A DNA stretch of 64,000 nucleotides from Thermodesulfobacteriota bacterium. GTDB lineage: Bacteria > Desulfobacterota_D > UBA1144 > Nemesobacterales > CSP1-2. This document shows, piece by piece, positions 28,744 through 40,006 of this stretch. The stretch is taken from positions 1,948-65,947 of the forward strand of contig DASWID010000030.1 in the NCBI GenBank assembly GCA_036397855.1. Reading direction: 5' to 3'. The notes beneath the pieces are model-generated. The model worked only from the letters and a program-made list of their open reading frames with translations. It was not told where the DNA came from and made no database searches. The translations under genes were made by a program, and so were the position numbers. Numbering within the stretch: position 1 is the stretch's first letter; the number at the start of each line of letters is the position of its first letter.

Positions 28744-29763
28744 GTGAGAGAAAAATTAGAAGAAATAAAACAACAAGCGGAAAAGGACCTTGAAACGGTA
28801 AGTGATGAAGTAAATCTTCAGAATTTAAAAGCCAAATATCTTGGTAGATCAGGGACTATTACAGAGCTTCTGAAGGGGTTGCGAACTGTTCCGCAATCCG
28901 ACAGGCCTGAAATGGGTAAGCTTTTAAACGAGCTGAAGCTAGATATAGAGAATGGATTTGAGAAAAAGCTAAGATCGATAAAGGAAGACAAATGGAATAA
29001 GGCTCTCTTCAAGGAACGATTGGATGCGACACTACCAGGTAGAGGATTTCATATAGGTGCTAAGCATCCAGTAACACAGGTAATGGAGGAGATCATTGGC
29101 ATCTTTGAAAGAATGGGGTTTCAGGTCGAGGAGGGTCCTGAAGTCGAATTAGATTATTATAATTTTGAAGCACTGAATATACCCCGCGATCATCCAGCGC
29201 GGGATATGCAGGATACATTTTACATCTCCGAAGGAATAGTACTGCGGACCCATACCTCACCTGTACAGATAAGGGTGATGGAAAGGCAAAAACCTCCTGT
29301 GAAGATAATTGCACCGGGAAAGGTTTATAGATGCGATAGCGATGTATCGCATACTCCGATGTTTCATCAGGTAGAAGGACTTCTGGTTGATGAACAGGTG
29401 ACGTTTGGAGATTTAAAGGGAGTTCTGACCGAATTTGCAAGAATTGTGTTCGGTGAAGATCTAAACGTCAGGTTCAGACCAAGCTTTTTCCCTTTTACTG
29501 AACCTAGTGCTGAATTGGATATAGAATGTGTAATTTGTGGGGGTAAGGGATGCAGGGTATGTAAGGATACTGGCTGGCTTGAAATTCTAGGTTGTGGTAT
29601 GGTTGATCCTGAGGTTTTTAAGAGTGTAAATTATGACCCTAGTAAATGTAGCGGTTTTGCATTTGGTCTCGGAATAGAAAGGATCGCAATGCTAAAGTTT
29701 GGAATAAACGATATAAGGTTGTTTTTTGAGAATGATATCAGGTTTCTCAGGCAATTTACTTGA
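28744..29763 (+). CDS. pheS: Phenylalanine--tRNA ligase alpha subunit
   Basis: 339 aa, GTG start. Class II motifs 'FHIGAKHPVT', 'FRPSFFPFTEPSAE', 'GFAFGLGIERIAM'. Confidence 0.9.
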   Translation: MREKLEEIKQQAEKDLETVSDEVNLQNLKAKYLGRSGTITELLKGLRTVPQSDRPEMGKLLNELKLDIENGFEKKLRSIKEDKWNKALFKERLDATLPGRGFHIGAKHPVTQVMEEIIGIFERMGFQVEEGPEVELDYYNFEALNIPRDHPARDMQDTFYISEGIVLRTHTSPVQIRVMERQKPPVKIIAPGKVYRCDSDVSHTPMFHQVEGLLVDEQVTFGDLKGVLTEFARIVFGEDLNVRFRPSFFPFTEPSAELDIECVICGGKGCRVCKDTGWLEILGCGMVDPEVFKSVNYDPSKCSGFAFGLGIERIAMLKFGINDIRLFFENDIRFLRQFT

Positions 29764-29939
29764 TATCGTATTATAAATGCTTTAGTTATCTGTAGCACAA
29801 TGATTAAAGCTAGGACCTTCTGACGGGCAAGAAAAATGGGTGCTGGATGAGAGATAAAGGAATCGTTGTGTTATAGAGCATATGTTCATTCGATTTAATG
29901 CTTAATAGAAATATAGATTGTTCAGGATAAAGTCGTAAT

Positions 29940-30257
29940 ATGAAAAAGGTTTATAGCTCGACGGATACAATGTTCCTCGGTCACTTACGTAATATCCTTG
30001 AGAATGAAGGAATTCCGTGTGAAATTCTTAGGGATCATCTCTTAGGGACGATTGGCGGGCTTCCCCCAGTGGAGTGCTGGGCGGAGCTTTGGGTTATTGA
30101 GGACTATCAATTTGAAAAAGCTCAATATATAGTCGAAAAATGCATGGAGAAACCACGCGAGAGTACTAAGGATGTTTGGGCATGCAAAAGGTGTGGGGAG
30201 GAGATTGAGGCGCAATTTATGGAATGCTGGAAATGCGGGGTCGGTAACTACGATTAG
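29940..30257 (+). CDS. DUF2007-like protein with C-terminal CxxC…CxxC zinc ribbon
   Basis: 105 aa. 'ACKRCGEEIEAQFMECWKCG'. Confidence 0.45.
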   Translation: MKKVYSSTDTMFLGHLRNILENEGIPCEILRDHLLGTIGGLPPVECWAELWVIEDYQFEKAQYIVEKCMEKPRESTKDVWACKRCGEEIEAQFMECWKCGVGNYD

Positions 30258-30318
30258 AATCAGCCAAACATGCATAACAATCTTCGTTTTTGGCATTTAA
30301 TTTAAGTCGTAATGTAGC

Positions 30319-30849
30319 ATGTTAAGAGTCATCTGTTGGGTCTATGCACGATTGCTTTTCTATCCAACGCTTATCTTAAATGTACTTCTGTGTAAGGTCC
30401 TTGGGCTCAGAAATTGGTATGATCGGATTGACGAATATGTAATTCTTGGTGCGCTTCCATGTAAAGACGATGTGCCCAGGCTCAAGAGGATGGGGGTTAG
30501 GGCGGTCCTGAACGTTTGCGAGGAGTATTCAGGCCCTGAAGAGGCATATGCAGCGACGGGCATAGAACAGCTGAGATTACCGACGATTGATTATACTTCT
30601 CCTTGCTTGTCAGCGGTTCGTCAGGGAGTTTGTTTTATTGAAAAGTGTGTTTCAAGGGGTGATCTAGTATATGTTCACTGTAAGGCTGGACGCGGTAGGA
30701 GCGCAACAATAATATTGTGCTGGTTGATTAAGGCCAAGAAAATTAAACCACATGAAGCAATGGATTTTCTATTGGAAAGGCGTCCACACGTGAATAAAAA
30801 ACTCGATAAAAGAAAGGTTGTCGGGGAATTTATTGCAACAGAGTTGTGA
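30319..30849 (+). CDS. Dual-specificity / tyrosine protein phosphatase
   Basis: 176 aa. Catalytic loop 'VHCKAGRGRSAT' (HCxxGxxRS). Confidence 0.7.
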   Translation: MLRVICWVYARLLFYPTLILNVLLCKVLGLRNWYDRIDEYVILGALPCKDDVPRLKRMGVRAVLNVCEEYSGPEEAYAATGIEQLRLPTIDYTSPCLSAVRQGVCFIEKCVSRGDLVYVHCKAGRGRSATIILCWLIKAKKIKPHEAMDFLLERRPHVNKKLDKRKVVGEFIATEL

Positions 30850-31295
30850 CAATAAAATCAAATCTAAATAATTAATCACATCTTTAATATTGTAATCGAG
30901 ATTAATCCGCGATTTAATCGGGATTGGAAAGTCCCTCTATCGATTTTATTTAATATCATCACCGATGACTATAATTTTATGTTTTGTTGCGGAGGACTTT
31001 AGTCCTCCATTGTTGAAAGTAGGATTGCGTACTCTTTTTTGTTATTATTGATAAATGTAGGAACTGATGCTCTCATCAGTCCGAATATTATTTTAATGCC
31101 CGTTTGGGAAACGGGCGCTACGGTTATAATAAACTATGTACATATGTGTGGATATTACCATTTGTAATTTTAGAAATATGCATCTTAACAGTTGGGACAT
31201 TTAAAGGGGAAATTGAGTAACATCTTTAACTATGGTAGTATGCCTCTATTTTTATTGCCTAATATCTTTCGAAAGAATAAAGAGAGGAGCCTCAT

Positions 31296-31850
31296 ATGGG
31301 AGTCAAGCCCGATCACTGGATCAGAAAAATGGCCCTAGAGCACAGGATGATTGAACCATTTATCGAGGCACAGGTGTCAAAGGGTGTCATATCTTATGGC
31401 TTGTCAGCCTATGGTTATGACATCAGGGTTAGTGATGAATTCAAGGTTTTTACGAATGTTTATAACTCGGTTGTTGATCCAAAGGGTTTTGATGAAAAGT
31501 CATTCGTATCTATAAAATCAGATGTATGCATGATCCCTCCAAATTCTTTTGCATTGGCGCGGACGGTCGAATATTTCAGGATACCCAGAAGCACGATAAC
31601 TATTTGTTTGGGAAAGTCCACATATGCACGTTGCGGGATTATTGTGAACGTCACACCATTTGAGCCCGAATGGGAGGGATTTGTAACATTGGAGATATCA
31701 AATACGACTCCGCTTCCCGCAAAAATCTATGCAAATGAAGGGATAGCTCAGGTCCTGTTCTTTGAGGCTGATGAGGTATGTGAAGTTTCCTATGCGGATA
31801 AAAAGGGTAAATATCAAAAGCAAATAGGCATAACCCCCCCAAAGCTATAG
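31296..31850 (+). CDS. dcd: dCTP deaminase
   Basis: 184 aa. '[22 protein letters not shown]…' is the Dcd family signature. Confidence 0.9.
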   Translation: MGVKPDHWIRKMALEHRMIEPFIEAQVSKGVISYGLSAYGYDIRVSDEFKVFTNVYNSVVDPKGFDEKSFVSIKSDVCMIPPNSFALARTVEYFRIPRSTITICLGKSTYARCGIIVNVTPFEPEWEGFVTLEISNTTPLPAKIYANEGIAQVLFFEADEVCEVSYADKKGKYQKQIGITPPKL

Positions 31851-32017
31851 TGCCATTTAGTTACAAGTTTTTTTTCGATGAGTTTTGTTTTGTATATCAA
31901 TTATTTGAATTAGAATTCACTTCTATTTTTATCATTAAACTCCCTTATTTTATGTACTTATATAACCCTTCATGGTATACTTAATAAGGTTTTGTCCTAC
32001 TTATGGAGTTTGCCTGA

Positions 32018-34483
<2,466 letters not shown>

Positions 34484-34627
34484 TTTCTAATCAATAATCC
34501 ATTACATGTCATCACGAGTTTAACGAAGCGATCTTCACTTCTGTTGGGAATTGCTGTGTTGATGATCCCGAATCGATCCTGACCTCCATTGGGGCCCTGT
34601 ATCGTAAAATTTCTTTTCATATATAGA

Positions 34628-34655
34628 GTAGAGACATGCCATGGCATGTCTCTAC
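34628..34655. terminator. Perfect 28-bp palindrome (gtagagacatgccatggcatgtctctac) between convergent gyrB and thioesterase genes; likely bidirectional terminator
   Basis: The sequence is self-complementary over its full length and centred on CCATGG. Confidence 0.5.
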
Positions 34656-34719
34656 AAATATTCTGCGATGCCCGATCGAAAGATTCAAGAACAAGATTTT
34701 GATAGGATATCCAAAATAT

Positions 34720-35148
34720 TCATTTTATTTGGAAAAGCTTTTTAAATTTGCGCGGTACTCGGGTTACCTTTCTTTTCTTGTAATCGAAAAACACCATGCC
34801 GGTTTTGACCCTGGCAATCTCTCTTTTTGTCTTCTTCTCTGTAATTTTGTAGACTAAATCGAAACCGTATTTATTAAATACACCTATCGCTATTTCAATT
34901 TTCATAACTTCTCCCCAGAATGCTTCTGACTTATATACTATTATGGCGTCGGAAATAATGAGGCCGGCGCCATAAACATCCATTTCCGTAAATCCGTGCT
35001 TGGCTAGAAACCTTACCCTTGCTTCATGGGTTAAAGTGAGGACGGAATCATGACCAAGATGCCCGCCATAGTTTATATCACTTACGCGTAACGGAATTTC
35101 CGTGGAAAAGACAAACTTCTTCGGTAGATCCAATTGAACCCTTGGCAT
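34720..35148 (-). CDS. Acyl-CoA thioesterase (4HBT/hotdog fold, YbgC-like)
   Basis: 142 aa. 'DINYGGHLGHDSVLTLTHEARVRFL' hotdog catalytic region. Confidence 0.65.
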   Translation of the reverse strand: MPRVQLDLPKKFVFSTEIPLRVSDINYGGHLGHDSVLTLTHEARVRFLAKHGFTEMDVYGAGLIISDAIIVYKSEAFWGEVMKIEIAIGVFNKYGFDLVYKITEKKTKREIARVKTGMVFFDYKKRKVTRVPRKFKKLFQIK

Positions 35149-35302
35149 GTTTTTACTTTAATTTGTTAGTCGCGGATTATCATACATGAATTATCCTGAT
35201 TTAAAATGTAAATGAATCATTATTTGTTTTATTGTTAAAAAAAGGGTTTTTTTATTTTATATTTGATACTAAAATAATTAATATTTATAAGGAGGGTTAA
35301 TT

Positions 35303-35854
35303 ATGAATAAGGAAGGAAAGAGCCTCTCCTCCCTGAAGGCTTTTTTCGGAAAACTTGTAAGAATTAGTTTCTTCGATCTCGGAATTGAAAATGAAGCAAA
35401 CATCGCTTCATATTTAACCGATTTACTTTCAGATTTTGCGAGAACAGAGAGGCTGTATAAATTTAGGGATTCTGAGGGAAGAAAAATTCAAACTGTAGTG
35501 GAGATGCTAATTAAAGATCAAAGTGAATCACAGGAAAGACCTGAATGGGAAAGGGAAATCAGAAAACACATTGGAGATTTTACCCTTTTTATATCAGGCA
35601 TCTTCAGAGATTATGTGACTAATGGCTCCTATCTTAACTATTACATGAATGAGGGTGCCAAATCCTATCATTTTGTCTCAAGATTTGACCTTGAGAAGGG
35701 TCGAGGCAATCCGATTGTATTCAGCAAACTTTCAAGGAATTTTGAATTTTACTCTGGTGCCCTAGACTACATGCGGAGGGTATACTTTAAGTCGGGAAAA
35801 ACGAGCGATCCATTCTCGACCTTCGCAACTCAAATTTCTAATATCAAGCATTAA
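35303..35854 (+). CDS. Hypothetical protein
   Basis: 183 aa. RBS 'aaggaggg'. No recognisable domain. Confidence 0.4.
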   Translation: MNKEGKSLSSLKAFFGKLVRISFFDLGIENEANIASYLTDLLSDFARTERLYKFRDSEGRKIQTVVEMLIKDQSESQERPEWEREIRKHIGDFTLFISGIFRDYVTNGSYLNYYMNEGAKSYHFVSRFDLEKGRGNPIVFSKLSRNFEFYSGALDYMRRVYFKSGKTSDPFSTFATQISNIKH

Positions 35855-35918
35855 GGTCCCATGTAAATAATTCTGGATGATTTTATTTGATCGTACTTGT
35901 AAATGGCTGAGTAATACA

Positions 35919-36974
35919 TTAGCCCTTGTCCCTAAAATAGGGGAGAATCTCTTTTGACAAAGTTTTAAGCGAAGCTTTTCGGTCCGGACTGAAGTCTCTG
36001 AAAATAAAGTGTGTCACGCCTACTTCTGTATACTTTTCGATTTTTTTGATTGCATCCATCTTCGAGCCAGATATAACAAAATCCTCGACTATATTCCTGG
36101 AGTAATATTTCGCTCCCATTTCCCTAAATCTTCTAATCATTTCCGTATCATTGGGCATTATCTTTGTGTACTGCAGATCCTTATATTCGTCGGAGATTTC
36201 GATATCATATCCCGCCTCCTTAAGCAACTCAGGCCAGATAAGGGCATGCTTTACAGGTTCTAAGGTTTTATAGGCTTTATCTTTATCATCGGCAATTGAC
36301 AGGAATATATATATGCAATTGTCAAGCGCTCCTATCGTTTTATCCCTTAATTTCATGCCTTCCTTTACCTTATTTAGCTTGACTGAAAAAAGATTTGGCG
36401 GCATGGCGTTTGTAACCCACCCGTCACCGTATTCACCCGCTAACTTAAGTGCCCTGGGTGCAGTAGCAGCGACGTATATTGGAATTCTCCTATCCTTAAA
36501 TGGCCTTATTCGTAATTCAGCTTTGGATAGTTTGTAAATTTCACCATCAAAATCCACTGGCTCTCCCTTCCATAGGGAACGCATTATCTCTATTGATTCC
36601 TTTACACGAGTTAGGGGTTTGTTCCACTTAATACCATATGGATCAAGATTCATCTTTTCTCCATATCCTACACAGACAAATATTCTCCCTCCTGAAATGT
36701 GATCCACCGTAGCAAGGCGATGCGCAAATATAGCCGGATGAATCCTGTGGGCGTCACCGATCGTACCCATAATTATCCTTTTTGTTTTCATACTTGCGGC
36801 TGTAATAACAGACCATACCTCTGGAGTTAATGTCTTTGCCATGAAAACAACATGATCCGGGAACCAGATGGTGTCAAAATCCGCTTTTTCAATGTTATTC
36901 GTTATTTTAATTAGATTTTCGACCGACTCCCCAGGCACAGGGCTTGCGATTCCAAAGGTTATCTTTTCTGACAT
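35919..36974 (-). CDS. LLM-class (luciferase-like) flavin/F420-dependent oxidoreductase
   Basis: 351 aa. 'FGIASPVPGESVENLIKITNNIEKADFDTIWFPDHVV' is the LLM family signature. Confidence 0.7.
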   Translation of the reverse strand: MSEKITFGIASPVPGESVENLIKITNNIEKADFDTIWFPDHVVFMAKTLTPEVWSVITAASMKTKRIIMGTIGDAHRIHPAIFAHRLATVDHISGGRIFVCVGYGEKMNLDPYGIKWNKPLTRVKESIEIMRSLWKGEPVDFDGEIYKLSKAELRIRPFKDRRIPIYVAATAPRALKLAGEYGDGWVTNAMPPNLFSVKLNKVKEGMKLRDKTIGALDNCIYIFLSIADDKDKAYKTLEPVKHALIWPELLKEAGYDIEISDEYKDLQYTKIMPNDTEMIRRFREMGAKYYSRNIVEDFVISGSKMDAIKKIEKYTEVGVTHFIFRDFSPDRKASLKTLSKEILPYFRDKG

Positions 36975-37136
36975 ATTTTATATACTCCGTTGATTACCTT
37001 TAAAAGGGTTTATTATACGACATTTCATTTATTATTTATTAAATATTTTTGCTTGATTTTCCAGAATGTTAAGTTATTATTCCTACTCAAAATAAAATTC
37101 CTATGGATAAGGAAAGAGGCGGAGGTAGATCACAAA

Positions 37137-37361
37137 ATGGAAAAGATGGAAAAAGAACACGTGAGTAAGCATGTTGATATCGAATCTAAGAGGTTTTTCT
37201 TCGACGTAAAGGAAAACCATAAAGGAAAGTATTTAAGGATAACTGAGCTGAGTGGTGGTAGATCATGTATAGTGATACCGCTTGGCGGTATAAAGCTTTT
37301 TAGGGAAAGGTTGGTAGAAATAATAGACGAAGCCGATAAGCTTCTTGACATTGAAGAGTAG
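37137..37361 (+). CDS. PUR-alpha-like small nucleic-acid-binding protein (DUF3276-like)
   Basis: 'MEKMEKEHVSKHVDIESKRFFFDVKENHKGKYLRITELSGGRSCIVIPLGGIKLFRERLVEII' fits the DUF3276/PurA-repeat pattern. The track ORF (36990) over-extends upstream into an AT-rich leader. Confidence 0.5.
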   Translation: MEKMEKEHVSKHVDIESKRFFFDVKENHKGKYLRITELSGGRSCIVIPLGGIKLFRERLVEIIDEADKLLDIEE

Positions 37362-37440
37362 TATCCAACCTCAGAAATGGGAAAAGCGGTGGCCCGGGGT
37401 TTTATCTTAGTATTAACACTCTGTTGATTTCTTATTTCAG

Positions 37441-37515
37441 GGGCGGTTAACTCAGTGGAAGAGTGCCATCCTCACACGGTGGAAGTCACTGGTTCAAATC
37501 CAGTACCGCCCACCA
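37441..37515 (+). tRNA. tRNA-Val (anticodon CAC), CCA-encoded
   Basis: Cloverleaf: acceptor gggcggt/accgccc, D-arm actc-agtggaa-gagt, anticodon arm ccatc-ctCACac-ggtgg, T-arm actgg-ttcaaat-ccagt, then A-CCA. Coordinates ±1. Confidence 0.8.
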
Positions 37516-37525
37516 TATTTCAATC

Positions 37526-39175
37526 CTACTCGACGGCTGTAGCATCTACTACAGTTACTTCTACCACTTGGGGGATTTCGCTCAACATACCTATTTCAAC
37601 GTTCTTGAATTCTCGTTCACTATGAGGCGGCAAGGCTTCATACAGTGTGATTTTGTGCGAACCCATTGGCGTTTTACCTTGATATAGGTAGAAGGCAACT
37701 TCAAGTTGAATACTTGAGTAAGTTATTCCGCTAATGTTTTCTAGAGTTAGTGTACTGAGTTTCCCCATAGTTTGTGGAACTCCGCCTCCACCCAACTTGA
37801 AATCTTTTACAACAATATCCCTTTCAGGTATGGGAACGAATTCCTCTTCTTCATCATTTTGACCTTCTGAACTTTTACCAACCTTAGCCGCTTTGGTTGC
37901 TTCTTTTTCCGAGGTCGTCTGTGAACCAGAGGAACTATCTTGATCATCCCCTGAGGATGATTTGGGACTGGTTTGAAAAGAGTATTCGGTCCCGAGGGGC
38001 GTTCTTGTGATTCCGCTGTACGTAGGCGAGATAAATTCTTCGTTTGATTCGCTAAGGATTCTCTGCTTATACCTATCAACCAGTGAGATTTGCGGAGCAT
38101 CTTCTATTACAGGTTTATCGAGAACCTCTTTTCTGTAGCGCTCGGCAAGCGATAATTTTTGTCCTTCATCGACCTTGGTTGAATCAGGTACCTGAGATAT
38201 CTGAGTTTCTTCTTCAGAGATTTCTTCTGAGGGTTCGGTCAGCCCACGTTCCTCCCTGTATCTTTCGGCAAGGGATTTCTTTCTTGTTCTTGTCTCAGTT
38301 TCATCACCCTCAATATCTATGGACTCCCCCTTCTTAGCGAGCCTGTATTTTGCTTCTTTTACTGAAATCTTATCGGCGTCAATCACCGTTATTAGTACTT
38401 CTTTTGCATCAGGGTGTCTGAATCCAACATTTATACCCTTGTAAGTTCTAGTGTTCTTTGCAGGCAGAATGTCGTGGATCACCGCTCTACTCGTATATCC
38501 CTTAGTACCAGTTTCCGGGCCGGGCACCCCTAGATACTGCACCTCTATTCCGATGTTTGAATAGTTGTTTTTGCTGGTATTATCTAATGTTATATCCTTC
38601 AATATTCCTTCGGTGCCATACCGGCCCCCCGACCACTGCCAATTCTTAACAACTATTACGTCCTTTGGCTGTCCTGGGGTTCCCTTTTCTAACATCTCTG
38701 CCCCTACTACATTTACTATGGTTTTTTGAAGCTCCGAATGCATTATTCCAAAGTTGATATTTTTAAATGTTTTCGTCGTTCCGCTCTGAAGAACATCATT
38801 TATCGTAGATCGCAGGGAGCCAAGAGGGATGTCGTTTTGGGTGTAAAAGTTTGCCTCTATCTCAATGTTTTCGTAATCATTATTACCTATGTTTTCCAAT
38901 GTTATTTCATCGATTATGCCGGGTCGTCCCATACCTCCTGAGTTCCACTTATAATCCTTAACCTGTATAACCCTCTTGGGGGATTCCTGATCTTTTGATT
39001 TAGCAAATCCGATCTGATAGCAAGGAGTGGAAAGGAGTATTGTAAGGAACAGTGTGGATACGAGACCGTAGGTAAGTCCAATAGATTTTGCTTTAAATTT
39101 AATTATTGAATAGAAGAAATTCATAAAGTCTCCACCGATACGCCAAGTATTAAAGTTAGAGTATACATAAATCAT
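37526..39175 (-). CDS. Exported/membrane-anchored protein with three ~80-aa internal repeats and three 'SLAERYR' motifs
   Basis: 549 aa. N-terminal TM segment. Repeats '…ITLENIGNNDYENIEIEANFY…FKNINFGIMH', '…ITLDNTSKNNYSNIGIEVQYL…YKGINVGFRH' and '…LTLENISGITYSSIQLEVAFY…FKNVEIGMLS'. An acidic linker carries 'SLAERYREE', 'SLAERYRKE' and 'SLVDRYKQR'. Confidence 0.6.
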   Translation of the reverse strand: MIYVYSNFNTWRIGGDFMNFFYSIIKFKAKSIGLTYGLVSTLFLTILLSTPCYQIGFAKSKDQESPKRVIQVKDYKWNSGGMGRPGIIDEITLENIGNNDYENIEIEANFYTQNDIPLGSLRSTINDVLQSGTTKTFKNINFGIMHSELQKTIVNVVGAEMLEKGTPGQPKDVIVVKNWQWSGGRYGTEGILKDITLDNTSKNNYSNIGIEVQYLGVPGPETGTKGYTSRAVIHDILPAKNTRTYKGINVGFRHPDAKEVLITVIDADKISVKEAKYRLAKKGESIDIEGDETETRTRKKSLAERYREERGLTEPSEEISEEETQISQVPDSTKVDEGQKLSLAERYRKEVLDKPVIEDAPQISLVDRYKQRILSESNEEFISPTYSGITRTPLGTEYSFQTSPKSSSGDDQDSSSGSQTTSEKEATKAAKVGKSSEGQNDEEEEFVPIPERDIVVKDFKLGGGGVPQTMGKLSTLTLENISGITYSSIQLEVAFYLYQGKTPMGSHKITLYEALPPHSEREFKNVEIGMLSEIPQVVEVTVVDATAVE

Positions 39176-39310
39176 GCTGAAATAGTAGTTAATCCAAAAT
39201 TACTATAAGTCTGAGAGCCTATAATCAGACCAAAAAAAGCTTGATTCGTGGTGCAAAAAAATGTTATAAGTATGATTGATGGTAAATAACGTATAATGGA
39301 GGTTTGATTA

Positions 39311-39655
39311 ATGGCTACCTATATACTTTTGAGTAAGCTAACGCCAGATGGTAGAAGGACAATAAAAGAAAGGCCAGGACGAATTATAGAGGTCGATAAG
39401 GAAATAGAAAAGATGGGAGCAAGGGTTGTTCAACAATATGCTACTTTAGGACCTTACGATTTTGTGAATATAGTTGAGGCCCCAAATAATGAAACAATAA
39501 GTAAGGTGTCAGTAGACCTATGTGCACGGGGTACAGTAGAAATAATGACACTAGCGGCAATTCCCATAAATACATTTATCACCTCACTAAAGAAGGTTAA
39601 AAAGTCAGTGGCTAAAGGAGCAAAGAAGGCTAAGGCTTCTAAAAAAGCCAAATAG
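39311..39655 (+). CDS. GYD-domain protein with lysine-rich C-terminal tail
   Basis: 114 aa. 'ATLGPYDFVNIVEAPNNE' GYD motif. The tail 'KKVKKSVAKGAKKAKASKKAK' is histone-like. Confidence 0.55.
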   Translation: MATYILLSKLTPDGRRTIKERPGRIIEVDKEIEKMGARVVQQYATLGPYDFVNIVEAPNNETISKVSVDLCARGTVEIMTLAAIPINTFITSLKKVKKSVAKGAKKAKASKKAK

Positions 39656-40006
39656 TAATCCTGGCTGACGAGTTATAGATACAGATACCTATCGTCCAAA
39701 GATGAGGTAAACCGGTGAACGTCGGGGTAAAGAAAATTAATGTCTTGAACGGGCTAGTTTGAATCAATATCGATGTTAACAAGGTTTTTGACTTAGGACT
39801 GGTAGTGTGTCAATAGCATTATTTTCGCCTTTTCACAAACCCGGTCTATGAAATTTATTCTTTTAGTATTACTATATTATGATTTAATTCAATTACTGGT
39901 TGCATGTTCCATTTCAGATTTAAAGGCGGATCTCATCTGCAATTATACAAGTATTTTCATTCGTTTTGACTCATAAATTTCTATTATGTAAACTGGCATT
40001 CAACTA

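Noticed and set aside
31098-31116. Hairpin 'gcccgtttgggaaacgggc' as a Rho-independent terminator
   Set aside because: Not followed by a T-run and located 250 bp past the nearest stop codon. More likely another small REP-like element. Left unannotated.
36990-37136. N-terminal extension of the PUR-alpha-like ORF (track start 36990)
   Set aside because: The extension is AT-rich and low-complexity (…FHLLFIKYFCLIFQNVKLLFLLKIKFLW…) and overlaps the promoter region of the divergent LLM gene. The internal ATG at ~37137 gives a 74-aa protein matching the family size.
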